DNA of 64,000 nucleotides. Source: Myxococcales bacterium (lineage in GTDB: Bacteria; Myxococcota_A; Bradymonadia; UBA7976; UBA1532). Position 1 is the first letter of the stretch. The number at the start of each line of letters is the position of its first letter. The translations under genes were made by a program, and so were the position numbers. The stretch lies in assembly GCA_020633435.1 (NCBI GenBank), contig JACKDP010000002.1:631788-695787 (forward strand), written 5' to 3'. Below the pieces are notes generated by a model that searched no databases, was not told where the DNA came from, and saw nothing but the letters and a program-made list of their open reading frames with translations. This document shows positions 36,577 to 44,694 of the stretch, piece by piece.

Positions 36577-39500
36577 CTACAGCTCCCGGCAGTCCGCCGG
36601 GATCTCCCGGGCGCCGAAGGAGTAGGGCCGGGCCTGCTTGACCAGCAGCCGGCGCTCGGGGCCGAGGAGCTTCAGCTCCACGTCCATCGCGAACCAGCGG
36701 TCCGCGCCCGCGGGATCGATGAGCGGGCGGAAGTGATCGTGGATGGCCTTCACGACGCACGCGGTGTGGATGATCTCGTCGTCGCTCAGGATGGGCTCGC
36801 CCCGGGTGAGGCTGCTGCGGCCCAGGATGTTGATGCGGGGCTGCCGCACGTACCGGTAGATGATCTGCTCGGTCGTCACGCCGGGGGCCGGGTTCGTCAC
36901 CGTCGCCTCGCCCCGCTGGATGTTGATGTAGGCGTCATCCCGGATGGGATCGATGATGTTGCGGGTGATCACGACGCCGTTGGCCTGCTCCGACAGGAAC
37001 GCCGGCTGGATGAGCACCCCCATGGCGACGCCATCCTGGGCGATGCCGTGGTAGGCGCGCTCGTCGAAGGCCCGGGTGTTGTAGAGGCTGGCCCAGACCA
37101 CCCGCAGGGCGTCCGCGATGGAGGCGTCGTTGTCCCCCAGGCGCCCGCTCGTCGAGGTGTAGAGCCCGGCCCCGTTGAAGCCGGGCAGGTCCTCCGTGTT
37201 GCTGCTGCTGCGGAAGCGGACCTTGGCGTCGCCGTAGTGCTGGGCCACGTAGGCCTCCACCTCGGCGAGCACGGCCGGATCGACGGGGTGGCGCCGGATG
37301 AGGTCGCGCACCTCGGCCAGGCCGGCCGCCCGGACGACCGGATCGGCGAAGTCGGGCCGCGCCTGGAGGGCGGCCAGCCGATCGAGGGCCCCGCTCGCCG
37401 CGTAGTGGTCGAGCGAGTGCGCCAGCGCCAGGCCAGCGGCGTCCCGGGGCACCTCCACCGGGCCCTCGCAGCCGCGGCGGCGCGAGACGACCCGCCCCAG
37501 CTCCGCGAGCTGGGCTGCCTTGGCGCCCACGCGGGGCAGATCGGCGATGCCGAGGCCCGCCAGCGGCAACACCCCGCGGGCCTCCCGATCGAGCCGCGGC
37601 ACGAGGGGCTCGCCCTGGGGCAGGCGCGCGTCCCAGAAGGCCTGGGCCTCGGCCGGGTCCGCCACCTCCAGGTCGAAGCCCCCGCCCCGCACGTTCAGGC
37701 GCACGAGCTGGCCCAGCAGGGCCGCGACGCGGGGGTCCTGGCGGGCGTCCCGCAGGGCCATGTTCGGGGTGTTCCGGTTGCGGGACAGCAGGTTGACGTG
37801 GGCCAGCGGCGTCTGGAACGCCTCGGTGATGAGGCCCCCGACCAGGGCGATGTCGTTGGGCACCTGGTCCGTGACGACGATGGTGCGCGGCCCCAGGGGT
37901 GTCGTCGCCAGGTCCTGGGTGGGCACGAACGTGAGCACCCCGAAGCCCACCGTCTCGGTCAGCGGCTGGTACACCAGATCCCGGAACGGCGCGTTGGGCC
38001 CGACCAGCGGCGCGAGGCCCCCGAGCGCAGCCATCTCCTCCACCTGGTCGCCGGTCTGCGGCCGCAGGAAGAACGCCTGCGGCTGCAGGACGTGGTTCAT
38101 CACCCCGAAGAAGGCCCGTCGCATCTGCTGGGCGATGATGTTGTCGCCCGGCGTGAACTCGACGGTGTGCAGCCCCGAGCCCCCGTGGTTGACCAGCGTC
38201 CCCAGCAGGTAGATGCGGTCCTCCACGCTGAAGTAGTTGATCTCACTGAAGGTTCGCCAGCCGATGCGCTGCTCGGCCTCCTGGACGGGATCGCAGCGGT
38301 CCAGGTGTGGCAGCCCCTCGATCTCCTCGCGCACGAAGGTGTAGTGCAGGTCCCACGCGGTGCTGAGCAGGTGCACGACGTCGCCGTTGGCCATGTCGAC
38401 CACGAACTTCACCGACTCGATGCCCGACGCGACGCCGCCCCCGCCGAGGGCGGCGAAGTCGCCCGGCGTGCGCAGGTGGCGGACGCGGTTGCCCACCGGC
38501 CGGCTGGCGAGCGGATCGCAGGCGTCGTTGGCGGCGCCCGGCGTGGCGCGGGCGCAGAAGCGGAAGCGGCCGGTCGCGTCGGGCTGGCGGGTCAGCGCGG
38601 CCCCCTCGGGCCACCACATGAAGTCGACGCGCTCGACGGGGAAGGCGCGGCCGTCCGCGAAGAGCGTCACGACGCCCTCGTACTCGGGCTCGGCGGCGAT
38701 GGGGGCCATGGCCGCGGCGGGCACGGGCACGGAGACGCGGGCCCCCGGCTCCAGGCGCGGGACGGGCCAGGCGAGGGCGGCCCCCTCCCCGACCACCGGC
38801 CACGGGACGCCCGGGCGGTGGGGCGCGACGCGCAGGTGGAAGCCCTCGAGCTCCACCACCTCGCCCGTCACGTTCAGCACCTCGATGAAGCCGGCTGGCC
38901 GCAGCGCGAGCTCGGTGATGGCGAGCGGCGTCGGCGGGAAGGGCCACGGATCTGCCCACTCATAGGGCGGGTACTCCACGTCGTCGGGGATCTCCGGCGG
39001 CGGCGGCGGGCCGCAGCGGCCGCCGTTGCTGCGCTCGGGCGTCGCCCAGCGGCAGAGGACGGGCTGGCCCCGCCCATCCGGGTAGCGCTGGAAGCTGTCG
39101 TTCGGCGTGGCCGGGGGCAGCTCGAAGGCGTCGATGCGCCGCCCCCCCGGGCTGAACAGGTAGAGCGTCTCGCCCCCCGCCGAGAGCTTGAACGGCAGGT
39201 GCCGCGGCCCCTGGGCCGGGGTGTCGTCCGCCCAGAACACGGCGGTCTCGCCCGGTCCCAGCTCGATGGCCGGCAGCGGGTGCCGCTCGTCCGGGTCGTC
39301 GGAGGCGCTGTAGCCGGCCAGCGACAGGGGCGCGTCGCCGGTGTTCACCAGCTCGAACCAGTCATCCGCCTCCCCCACCTCGTCGACCCAGGCGCCGTCG
39401 TTATCGGACATGGCCTCGTTGATCTGGATGGGATCCGGCGGCGGGCCGGCGTCCACGACCGCGTCGACGACGGCGTCCACCACCGCGTCGACGGGCGCGG

Positions 39501-39738
39501 CGTCGAGGGGCGCGGCGTCCCGGGCGGCCGCGTCCACGTCGGCGTCGCGGGGGGTCGCGTCGACCTGGGCGTCGCGGACGGTGGCGTCGACCCGGGCGTC
39601 CGGGGGGCCGGCGTCCATCACCCGCCCGTCCGCGGGCGGGCGGGCGTCGGTCGGCCGGGCATCCACGGAGCCAGCGGGGCCGTCATCACAGGCCACCCCG
39701 ACCAGCGGGAGGAGAATCCAGAGGAGTGTCGCGCGCAT
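36577..39738 (-). CDS. lipoprotein (1053 aa) with an N-terminal lamin-tail domain (LTD) and a C-terminal PPDK_N-type (PEP synthase/pyruvate phosphate dikinase N-terminal, ATP-grasp-like) domain
   Basis: Lipobox signal MRATLLWILLPLVGVAC. The LTD is IQINEAMSDNDGAWVDEVGEADDWFELVNTGDAPLSLAGYSASDD. The C-terminus has FRSSSNTEDLPGFNGAGLYTSTSG...VVWASLYNTRAFDERAYHGI...VAMGVLIQPAF...ANGVVITRNI, the nucleotide-binding signature of the PEP-utilising enzyme N-domain. Confidence 0.7.
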   Translation of the reverse strand: MRATLLWILLPLVGVACDDGPAGSVDARPTDARPPADGRVMDAGPPDARVDATVRDAQVDATPRDADVDAAARDAAPLDAAPVDAVVDAVVDAVVDAGPPPDPIQINEAMSDNDGAWVDEVGEADDWFELVNTGDAPLSLAGYSASDDPDERHPLPAIELGPGETAVFWADDTPAQGPRHLPFKLSAGGETLYLFSPGGRRIDAFELPPATPNDSFQRYPDGRGQPVLCRWATPERSNGGRCGPPPPPEIPDDVEYPPYEWADPWPFPPTPLAITELALRPAGFIEVLNVTGEVVELEGFHLRVAPHRPGVPWPVVGEGAALAWPVPRLEPGARVSVPVPAAAMAPIAAEPEYEGVVTLFADGRAFPVERVDFMWWPEGAALTRQPDATGRFRFCARATPGAANDACDPLASRPVGNRVRHLRTPGDFAALGGGGVASGIESVKFVVDMANGDVVHLLSTAWDLHYTFVREEIEGLPHLDRCDPVQEAEQRIGWRTFSEINYFSVEDRIYLLGTLVNHGGSGLHTVEFTPGDNIIAQQMRRAFFGVMNHVLQPQAFFLRPQTGDQVEEMAALGGLAPLVGPNAPFRDLVYQPLTETVGFGVLTFVPTQDLATTPLGPRTIVVTDQVPNDIALVGGLITEAFQTPLAHVNLLSRNRNTPNMALRDARQDPRVAALLGQLVRLNVRGGGFDLEVADPAEAQAFWDARLPQGEPLVPRLDREARGVLPLAGLGIADLPRVGAKAAQLAELGRVVSRRRGCEGPVEVPRDAAGLALAHSLDHYAASGALDRLAALQARPDFADPVVRAAGLAEVRDLIRRHPVDPAVLAEVEAYVAQHYGDAKVRFRSSSNTEDLPGFNGAGLYTSTSGRLGDNDASIADALRVVWASLYNTRAFDERAYHGIAQDGVAMGVLIQPAFLSEQANGVVITRNIIDPIRDDAYINIQRGEATVTNPAPGVTTEQIIYRYVRQPRINILGRSSLTRGEPILSDDEIIHTACVVKAIHDHFRPLIDPAGADRWFAMDVELKLLGPERRLLVKQARPYSFGAREIPADCREL

Positions 39739-39782
39739 GGCGCCAGCATAGCGGGCCCGGGCGCACGGGCCCAAGGGCCGCC

Positions 39783-40736
39783 TCAGCGGCGCAGGCGCGC
39801 GGCCTCCAGCGCGGCCTGCAGCTCGGTGGGATCCAGATCGACGCCGATCATCACCAGCGTCGTCCGGGGCGTCTCATCGGCCCGCCACCGCCGCGCCGTC
39901 TGCAGGCTGAAGAGGTCGTGCACGCCCTGCAGCACCACCCGGCGGCCGCCGCCCGCCCGGATGACACCCTTGTACCGATAGAGATCGTAGGGCCGCTCCC
40001 GCGACAGGCGGCGCAGCCAGGCGCCGAGCCGCCGCAGATCGTGCGGGCCGTCATCTTCGAGCACCACGCTGCCGAACGGATCGTGGGCGTGGCCGCCGAC
40101 CCGCACCAGCCGCCGCAGCCGGAAGCGCCCGAAGGCGTCCACGTCGAGCACCTGAGCCGGCTCGACGGCGCCGTGCAGCGCCTCGATGCGGGTCGCCGTC
40201 GGGTTGGCCTCGGCCAGGCGCGCGCTCACGGCCGCCATCGCCTCCGCGTCCACCAGGTCGGCCTTGCTGACGACCAGCACGTCGGCCAGCGCCACCTGCG
40301 TCTGGGCCACCGGGCTGTTGCGCAGGTCGACGATGCCGTGCCGGGCGTCCACGACGGTGACGATGGCGTCCAGGCGGAAGGCCTCGGCGATCTCGTCGCG
40401 CCGGCTGAACGTCTCGGCCACCCCCGCCGCGTCGGCCATGCCCGTCGTCTCCAGGATGACGCGGTCGAAGTCGATGTGCCCCCGCTTGCGCGCCTCGATG
40501 AGCGACCGGAACGTGTGCCGCAGGTCCACCTCGACGGCGCAGCAGATGCAGCCGTTGACCCGCCGCACCATGCCCGGGCTGATCTCCTCCAGGAGCTCCG
40601 AGTCGATGTTGGCGGCGCCGAACTCGTTCTCCACGACGACCACGCGGTGGGCGTCGATGTGGCGCAGCAGGTGCCGCAGCAGCGTAGTCTTCCCGGCCCC
40701 CAGGAAGCCGGTGAGGATGGTGACGGGCGTCGTCAT
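39783..40736 (-). CDS. COG0523/CobW-family G3E GTPase (putative zinc metallochaperone)
   Basis: ILTGFLGAGKTTLL (P-loop), the GCICC metal-binding motif, SKADL, and a CobW C-terminal domain. The start overlaps the stop of the upstream MutH-like gene (ATGA). Confidence 0.85.
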   Translation of the reverse strand: MTTPVTILTGFLGAGKTTLLRHLLRHIDAHRVVVVENEFGAANIDSELLEEISPGMVRRVNGCICCAVEVDLRHTFRSLIEARKRGHIDFDRVILETTGMADAAGVAETFSRRDEIAEAFRLDAIVTVVDARHGIVDLRNSPVAQTQVALADVLVVSKADLVDAEAMAAVSARLAEANPTATRIEALHGAVEPAQVLDVDAFGRFRLRRLVRVGGHAHDPFGSVVLEDDGPHDLRRLGAWLRRLSRERPYDLYRYKGVIRAGGGRRVVLQGVHDLFSLQTARRWRADETPRTTLVMIGVDLDPTELQAALEAARLRR

Positions 40737-41377
40737 GCGGGCAGCCCCAGGGCCCGGGCGACCAGGGCCTTGTGCGCATAGAACCCCACGAGATCACTCT
40801 CCTTTCCGCCGCGCGGCCGCGGGTGCACGAGCTGGCCGATGCGGCCGCTCAGGGCGTGGCGCCCCTCCCGCTGGACGACCCAGCGGATCTCCTCGTAGTC
40901 CTCGCGGACGGTGGCCAGCAGGGCCGGATCGTCGAGGTCGAAGGCCGACGCCCCGAGCACGATGGAGCGGGCCTCGGCGGACCCCTCGAAGCTGCGGGCC
41001 ACGACGATGAGGTGCCCGAGCTTCTCCAGCAGGTGGGAGTCCTCGAACTCGGTGACCTCCAGCTCGGCGGGCGTGAAGGCCGTGATGGCCATCGTCTCCT
41101 TGAGCCGCCACTGGCCATCGGCGCCGGCCACCAGGGGCACGACCTTCAGCTCCCAGTCGCCGAAGTCGGGCGCCTGCAGCGAGTCGGGCCGGCGGCCCAG
41201 GTAGCGCTCGACGGTGTGGCCCGCCCAGCCCTTGTTGCGGCGGCCGTCGATCCAGACGGTCACGCCGAAGGAGTCCGCGAGGGGGCGCAGGTCGCGCCCG
41301 CGCAGGGCGGCCAGGCGCACGAGGGCCTCGGCGCGGGTCAGCGGCGGTGGGGCCGGCAGCAGCTCAAGCTGGCTCAT
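40733..41377 (-). CDS. MutH/Sau3AI-family (GATC-nicking-type) endonuclease homologue
   Basis: 214 aa from the internal ATG at 41377. NKGWAGHTVERYLG...APDFGDWELKVVP (the D-x(n)-E-x-K catalytic core, as in E. coli MutH DFAALGVELK), LKETMAITAFT, FEDSHLLEKL and VREDYEEIRWVV are all collinear with MutH. The upstream part of the long ORF overlaps the divergent gene. Confidence 0.75.
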   Translation of the reverse strand: MSQLELLPAPPPLTRAEALVRLAALRGRDLRPLADSFGVTVWIDGRRNKGWAGHTVERYLGRRPDSLQAPDFGDWELKVVPLVAGADGQWRLKETMAITAFTPAELEVTEFEDSHLLEKLGHLIVVARSFEGSAEARSIVLGASAFDLDDPALLATVREDYEEIRWVVQREGRHALSGRIGQLVHPRPRGGKESDLVGFYAHKALVARALGLPA

Positions 41378-41505
41378 GCGCGCATGATGCCCGCCGCCGG
41401 TGGGGAAATGAAGGCCGGGGACACACCAGAGGTTCCCGGAGGCGCGGCAGGGCGCTAGACTGCGCCGCCCGGCCTCCTGGCCCACTCTGCACGAGGAGCT
41501 CGATC

Positions 41506-42325
41506 ATGCGCATGTCTTCCCTGACCCTGGTGGCGGCCCTGCTCGCCCTCGCCGCGTGCAACCCCGCCGACAAGCCCGGGGCCGCCCCGGCCAGCGCCGC
41601 CCCGCGAGCGCGGCGCCTGCGAGCGCGGCGCCGGCCACCGCGGCGGCTGCCCCGCGACGGCGGCGCCCGCCAGCGCCGAGGCCCCCGCCACCGCGGCGGA
41701 CGCCCCGGGCGACTCGGCCGCCGACACCGGCCAGGGCACCGCGGCGGGCGCGGCCAACCCCGCCCTGCTCGATCCCAGCAAGGCCACCGAGACCGCCCCC
41801 GACAAGTACACCGTCAAGTTCGAGACGACGAAGGGCGACATCCTCATCGACGTGGAGAAGGCCTGGGCCCCCAGGGGCGCGGATCGCTTCTACAACCTCG
41901 TGAAGATCGGCTACTACGACGACGTGGCCTTCTTCCGGGTCATCGGCGGCTTCATGGCCCAGGTGGGCATCAGCGGCGTGCCGGAGCGCAACAGCGTCTG
42001 GCGCAACGCCCGCATCGACGACGACCCGGTCAAGGGCAGCAACACCCGCGGCATGGTCACCTTCGCCACCGCCGGCCCCAACACCCGCACCAGCCAGTTC
42101 TTCATCAACTTCGCCGACAACAGCCGGCTCGACCGCATGGGCTTCGCGCCCTTCGGCAAGGTCCGCGACATGGCCATCGTCGACGCGCTGCACGCCGGCT
42201 ACGGCGAAGGCTTCCCCCGCGGCCAGGGCCCCGACCAGGGCAAGCTGCAGGCCGAGGGGAACACCTACCTGCGCAAGGACTTCCCCAACCTCGACTACAT
42301 CAAGAAGGCCTCCATCGTCCCCTGA
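41506..42325 (+). pseudogene. cyclophilin-type peptidyl-prolyl isomerase lipoprotein, disrupted or mis-assembled: signal peptide, Ala/Pro linker and PPIase domain lie in three different frames
   Basis: Frame 1 (ORF 41347..42351) encodes the lipobox signal MRMSSLTLVAALLALAAC...APASAAP, then Arg-rich nonsense. Frame 0 (ORF 41556..41903) encodes the (ASAAP)n linker. Frame 2 (ORF 41852..42325, with upstream extension) encodes DKYTVKFETTKGDILIDVEKAWAPRGADRFYNLVKIGYYDDVAFFRVIGGFMAQ, the cyclophilin fold. Two 1-nt deficits in C-runs within a 15-bp tandem repeat (CGAGCGCGGCGCC x2) would restore one ORF. Confidence 0.6.
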
Positions 42326-42347
42326 CGACGGCCCCCCGAGCATCCCA

Positions 42348-43373
42348 GTGAACGCCGATCTGCCCGGCCAGACGCTCCCCCTCGACGCGGGCGCGACCCT
42401 GGTGGTCGGCGCGCCCATCCGCCACGTCGACCCCCTCTCCTGGTTCCTCGGGCGCACGTCGTCCGGGGCGTCCGCCGTCATCGCCGTGACGATGGAGCCG
42501 CCCGCGCCGCGGCTCGACGCCGACGCGGTGGAGCGCCGACTGGGCGCGCTGCGGGGCCTGGCGCTGCCCGGCATCGCCGCGCCGCTGGGCTTCGGGCTGC
42601 TCGCCGATGGCCGGCTCTGGCTGGCCTGGCCGCAGGTGAGCGGCCACCCGCTGATCGAGGAGGTCCCCGAGGGGGCGGACGCCCCGACGCTGTTGCTGCA
42701 GGCGCTGCAGGCGCTGCGGCGCGTGCACGCCCTCGGCCTCGGCCACGGTCGCCTCACGCTGGCGTCCATCGTCGTGCAGCGCGTGCCGCCCGCCGGGTGG
42801 ATCACGCAGATCGTCGATCTGGGGGTGAGCCGGCTGATCGGTGAGCCGCCACCGGATGGGGGACAGGCGGCTGACCGGCTGGCGGCCATCGGGCTGGTGC
42901 GGCTGGCCCTGCGCGGGCCCGCGCAGCGAGACCGGGCCCTCGCCGAGGGCCTGCGCGATCTGGAAAAGGCTCACGATCTTCATGGGTTGGCGGAGCGCGT
43001 CCGCCGCCTGGTGGTGCCCCCCTCCCCGGTCCGGCGGGCCTCGCGAGTGGCGGTCGTGCTGCTCCCCGGCCTGCTGGCTGCGGCGGCCGGCGCCGCCGGG
43101 GTGCTCTGGTGGTTTGGCCGCGGCGCCCCCACCGAGGCCCCACCCGACGCCATCGCGCTCGGCGGCACCACCTTCCCCGACGCGGCGCCGGTGCGCGCGG
43201 TGCTGCCCCCCACCCGGCCGGAGGACGCGGCTCGCCCGTGGCTCGCCCCGTGGACGCGGCCGTCGCGGGTCCGGACGCCGCGCCCGCCACCGTGGCCGGC
43301 CCGGACGCCGCGCCGCCGATCATCGACGCCGCGGTGCCCAGCGCCCCGACGCCGCGGTGCCCAGCGCCCCTGA
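42348..43373 (+). CDS. membrane protein with a degenerate protein-kinase-like (pseudokinase) domain and one TM helix; its C-terminal DAAVPSAP-repeat and coiled-coil region continues in other reading frames to ~43719 (frameshifted or mis-assembled)
   Basis: GTG start. The relic catalytic-loop and DFG regions are LRRVHALGLGHGRLTLASIVV and IVDLGVSRLIG, but there is no Gly-loop or catalytic Lys. The TM helix is VAVVLLPGLLAAAAGAAGVLWWF. Downstream, the PDAAVPSAP repeats and an AEVARAEAARAQAEIEQLKAALEAA coiled coil are read in frames +2 and +1 (ORFs 43109.. and 42841..43719). Confidence 0.5.
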   Translation: MNADLPGQTLPLDAGATLVVGAPIRHVDPLSWFLGRTSSGASAVIAVTMEPPAPRLDADAVERRLGALRGLALPGIAAPLGFGLLADGRLWLAWPQVSGHPLIEEVPEGADAPTLLLQALQALRRVHALGLGHGRLTLASIVVQRVPPAGWITQIVDLGVSRLIGEPPPDGGQAADRLAAIGLVRLALRGPAQRDRALAEGLRDLEKAHDLHGLAERVRRLVVPPSPVRRASRVAVVLLPGLLAAAAGAAGVLWWFGRGAPTEAPPDAIALGGTTFPDAAPVRAVLPPTRPEDAARPWLAPWTRPSRVRTPRPPPWPARTPRRRSSTPRCPAPRRRGAQRP

Positions 43374-43545
43374 CGCCGCGGTGCCCAGCGCCCCTGACGC
43401 CGCGGGTGCCCAGCGCCCCCGACGCCGCGGTGCCGATCGTCGACGCCGCGGTGCCCAGCGCCCCCGACGCCGCGGTGCCCAGCGCCCTGACGCCGCCGCG
43501 CCCAGCGCGCCCGACGCCGCCGCGCCCAGCGCCCCTGACGCGGCC
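43321..43545. repeat. tandem array of about 9 copies of a 24-nt unit GACGCCGCGGTGCCCAGCGCCCCT (encoding DAAVPSAP) with unit lengths of 21-25 nt
   Basis: Direct reading of the sequence. The unit-length variation (23, 24, 24, 25, 21, 24, 23, 24, 24) moves the coding frame between units. Confidence 0.7.
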
Positions 43546-43669
43546 CCCTCAGCGTCGAACGAGGCGCGCCGCCGTCAGGCCGCCCTGGAAGCGCAGACGG
43601 CTGCCGATCAGGCCGCGGCGGAGGTCGCCCGCGCGGAGGCCGCCCGGGCCCAGGCCGAGATCGAGCAGC

Positions 43670-44578
43670 TCAAGGCCGCCTTGGAGGCGGCGCGGCCGGC
43701 GGCGCCGCCGAGCCGCTGACGGCCCCGCCCACCGGGGCCCGCACCACCCACAGCCCCGACGCCAGGATGAGCAGCCCGCCGAGCGGCGCGAGCGCCGGCA
43801 GGCGATCCCCCAGCACGAGCGCCCCCGAAGCGACCCCCACCATGGGCTCCAGGTAGGTCAGCACGCCGGCCTTGGCCGCCGAGACGTGCTGCAGGCCCCA
43901 CAGGAAGAAGAGGCCGCCGAGCGTCCCCGCGAGCGCCGCGCCGCCCATGATCCAGACGACGCCCCCCAGCGTCGGCGTCGGCGCCATCAGCGCCACCGGC
44001 AGCAGCAGCAGGCCTCCGATCCAGGTGTGCCAGACGAGCAGCTCGGCGGGCGTGAGCACGCTGCCCGACCGCTTCAAGATGAGGACCTGGGCGGCGTAGA
44101 AGAAGGCGGACGCCGCCCCGAGGAGCCCGGTCAGCGCCGCGGGGCCGATGGCGAGGACGTCGCCGCCGAGGAGCAGGCCGAGGCCGAGCAGCGCCACCGG
44201 CAGCGCCACCACCACCTGCCAGCTCGGCCACCGCCGCAGGATCAGCGGCGATCCCAGGGCCACCAGCACCGGCGCGAGGTAGTGCGAGAGCACCGCCACG
44301 GGGACGGGGCCGCGGTGCAGCGCCTCGAAGTACAGCCAGGCGTTGGCGGCGTCGGTGATGCCCGTGGCCCACAGCGGCCACCAGGCCGCGAAGCCCCGTG
44401 GGATGCGCCGCGGCAGCCAGGGCACCGCGCACGTCCCCATGGTGATGAGCGCGATGCAGCCCGCCAGCGGGCCGGCGATGCCCGAGAAGTGGATGGCCAG
44501 GCCCCACAGCCCCCAGAGCGAGGCCGAGAGGCCGATGGCGAGGCTGCCGCGCAGCTGGAAGTCGGGGGCGGTGGTCAT
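43670..44578 (-). CDS. DMT superfamily transporter (EamA-like, 10 TM helices)
   Basis: 302 aa with ten hydrophobic segments and a duplicated EamA-like organisation (for example AWLYFEALHRGPVPVAVLSHYLAPVLVAL). The 3' end overlaps, convergently, the tail of the preceding repeat-protein region. Confidence 0.8.
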   Translation of the reverse strand: MTTAPDFQLRGSLAIGLSASLWGLWGLAIHFSGIAGPLAGCIALITMGTCAVPWLPRRIPRGFAAWWPLWATGITDAANAWLYFEALHRGPVPVAVLSHYLAPVLVALGSPLILRRWPSWQVVVALPVALLGLGLLLGGDVLAIGPAALTGLLGAASAFFYAAQVLILKRSGSVLTPAELLVWHTWIGGLLLLPVALMAPTPTLGGVVWIMGGAALAGTLGGLFFLWGLQHVSAAKAGVLTYLEPMVGVASGALVLGDRLPALAPLGGLLILASGLWVVRAPVGGAVSGSAAPPAAPPPRRP

Positions 44579-44694
44579 GGCGCCCTCATGCCCGAGGCGG
44601 CGCGCGGACGCAACGACGGCGACACTCCCCCTGGTCCCGGGGGTCCGAAGTGTGGATCATGCGGGGCGACGGGGGCGCGCTCCAGGGAGGGATC

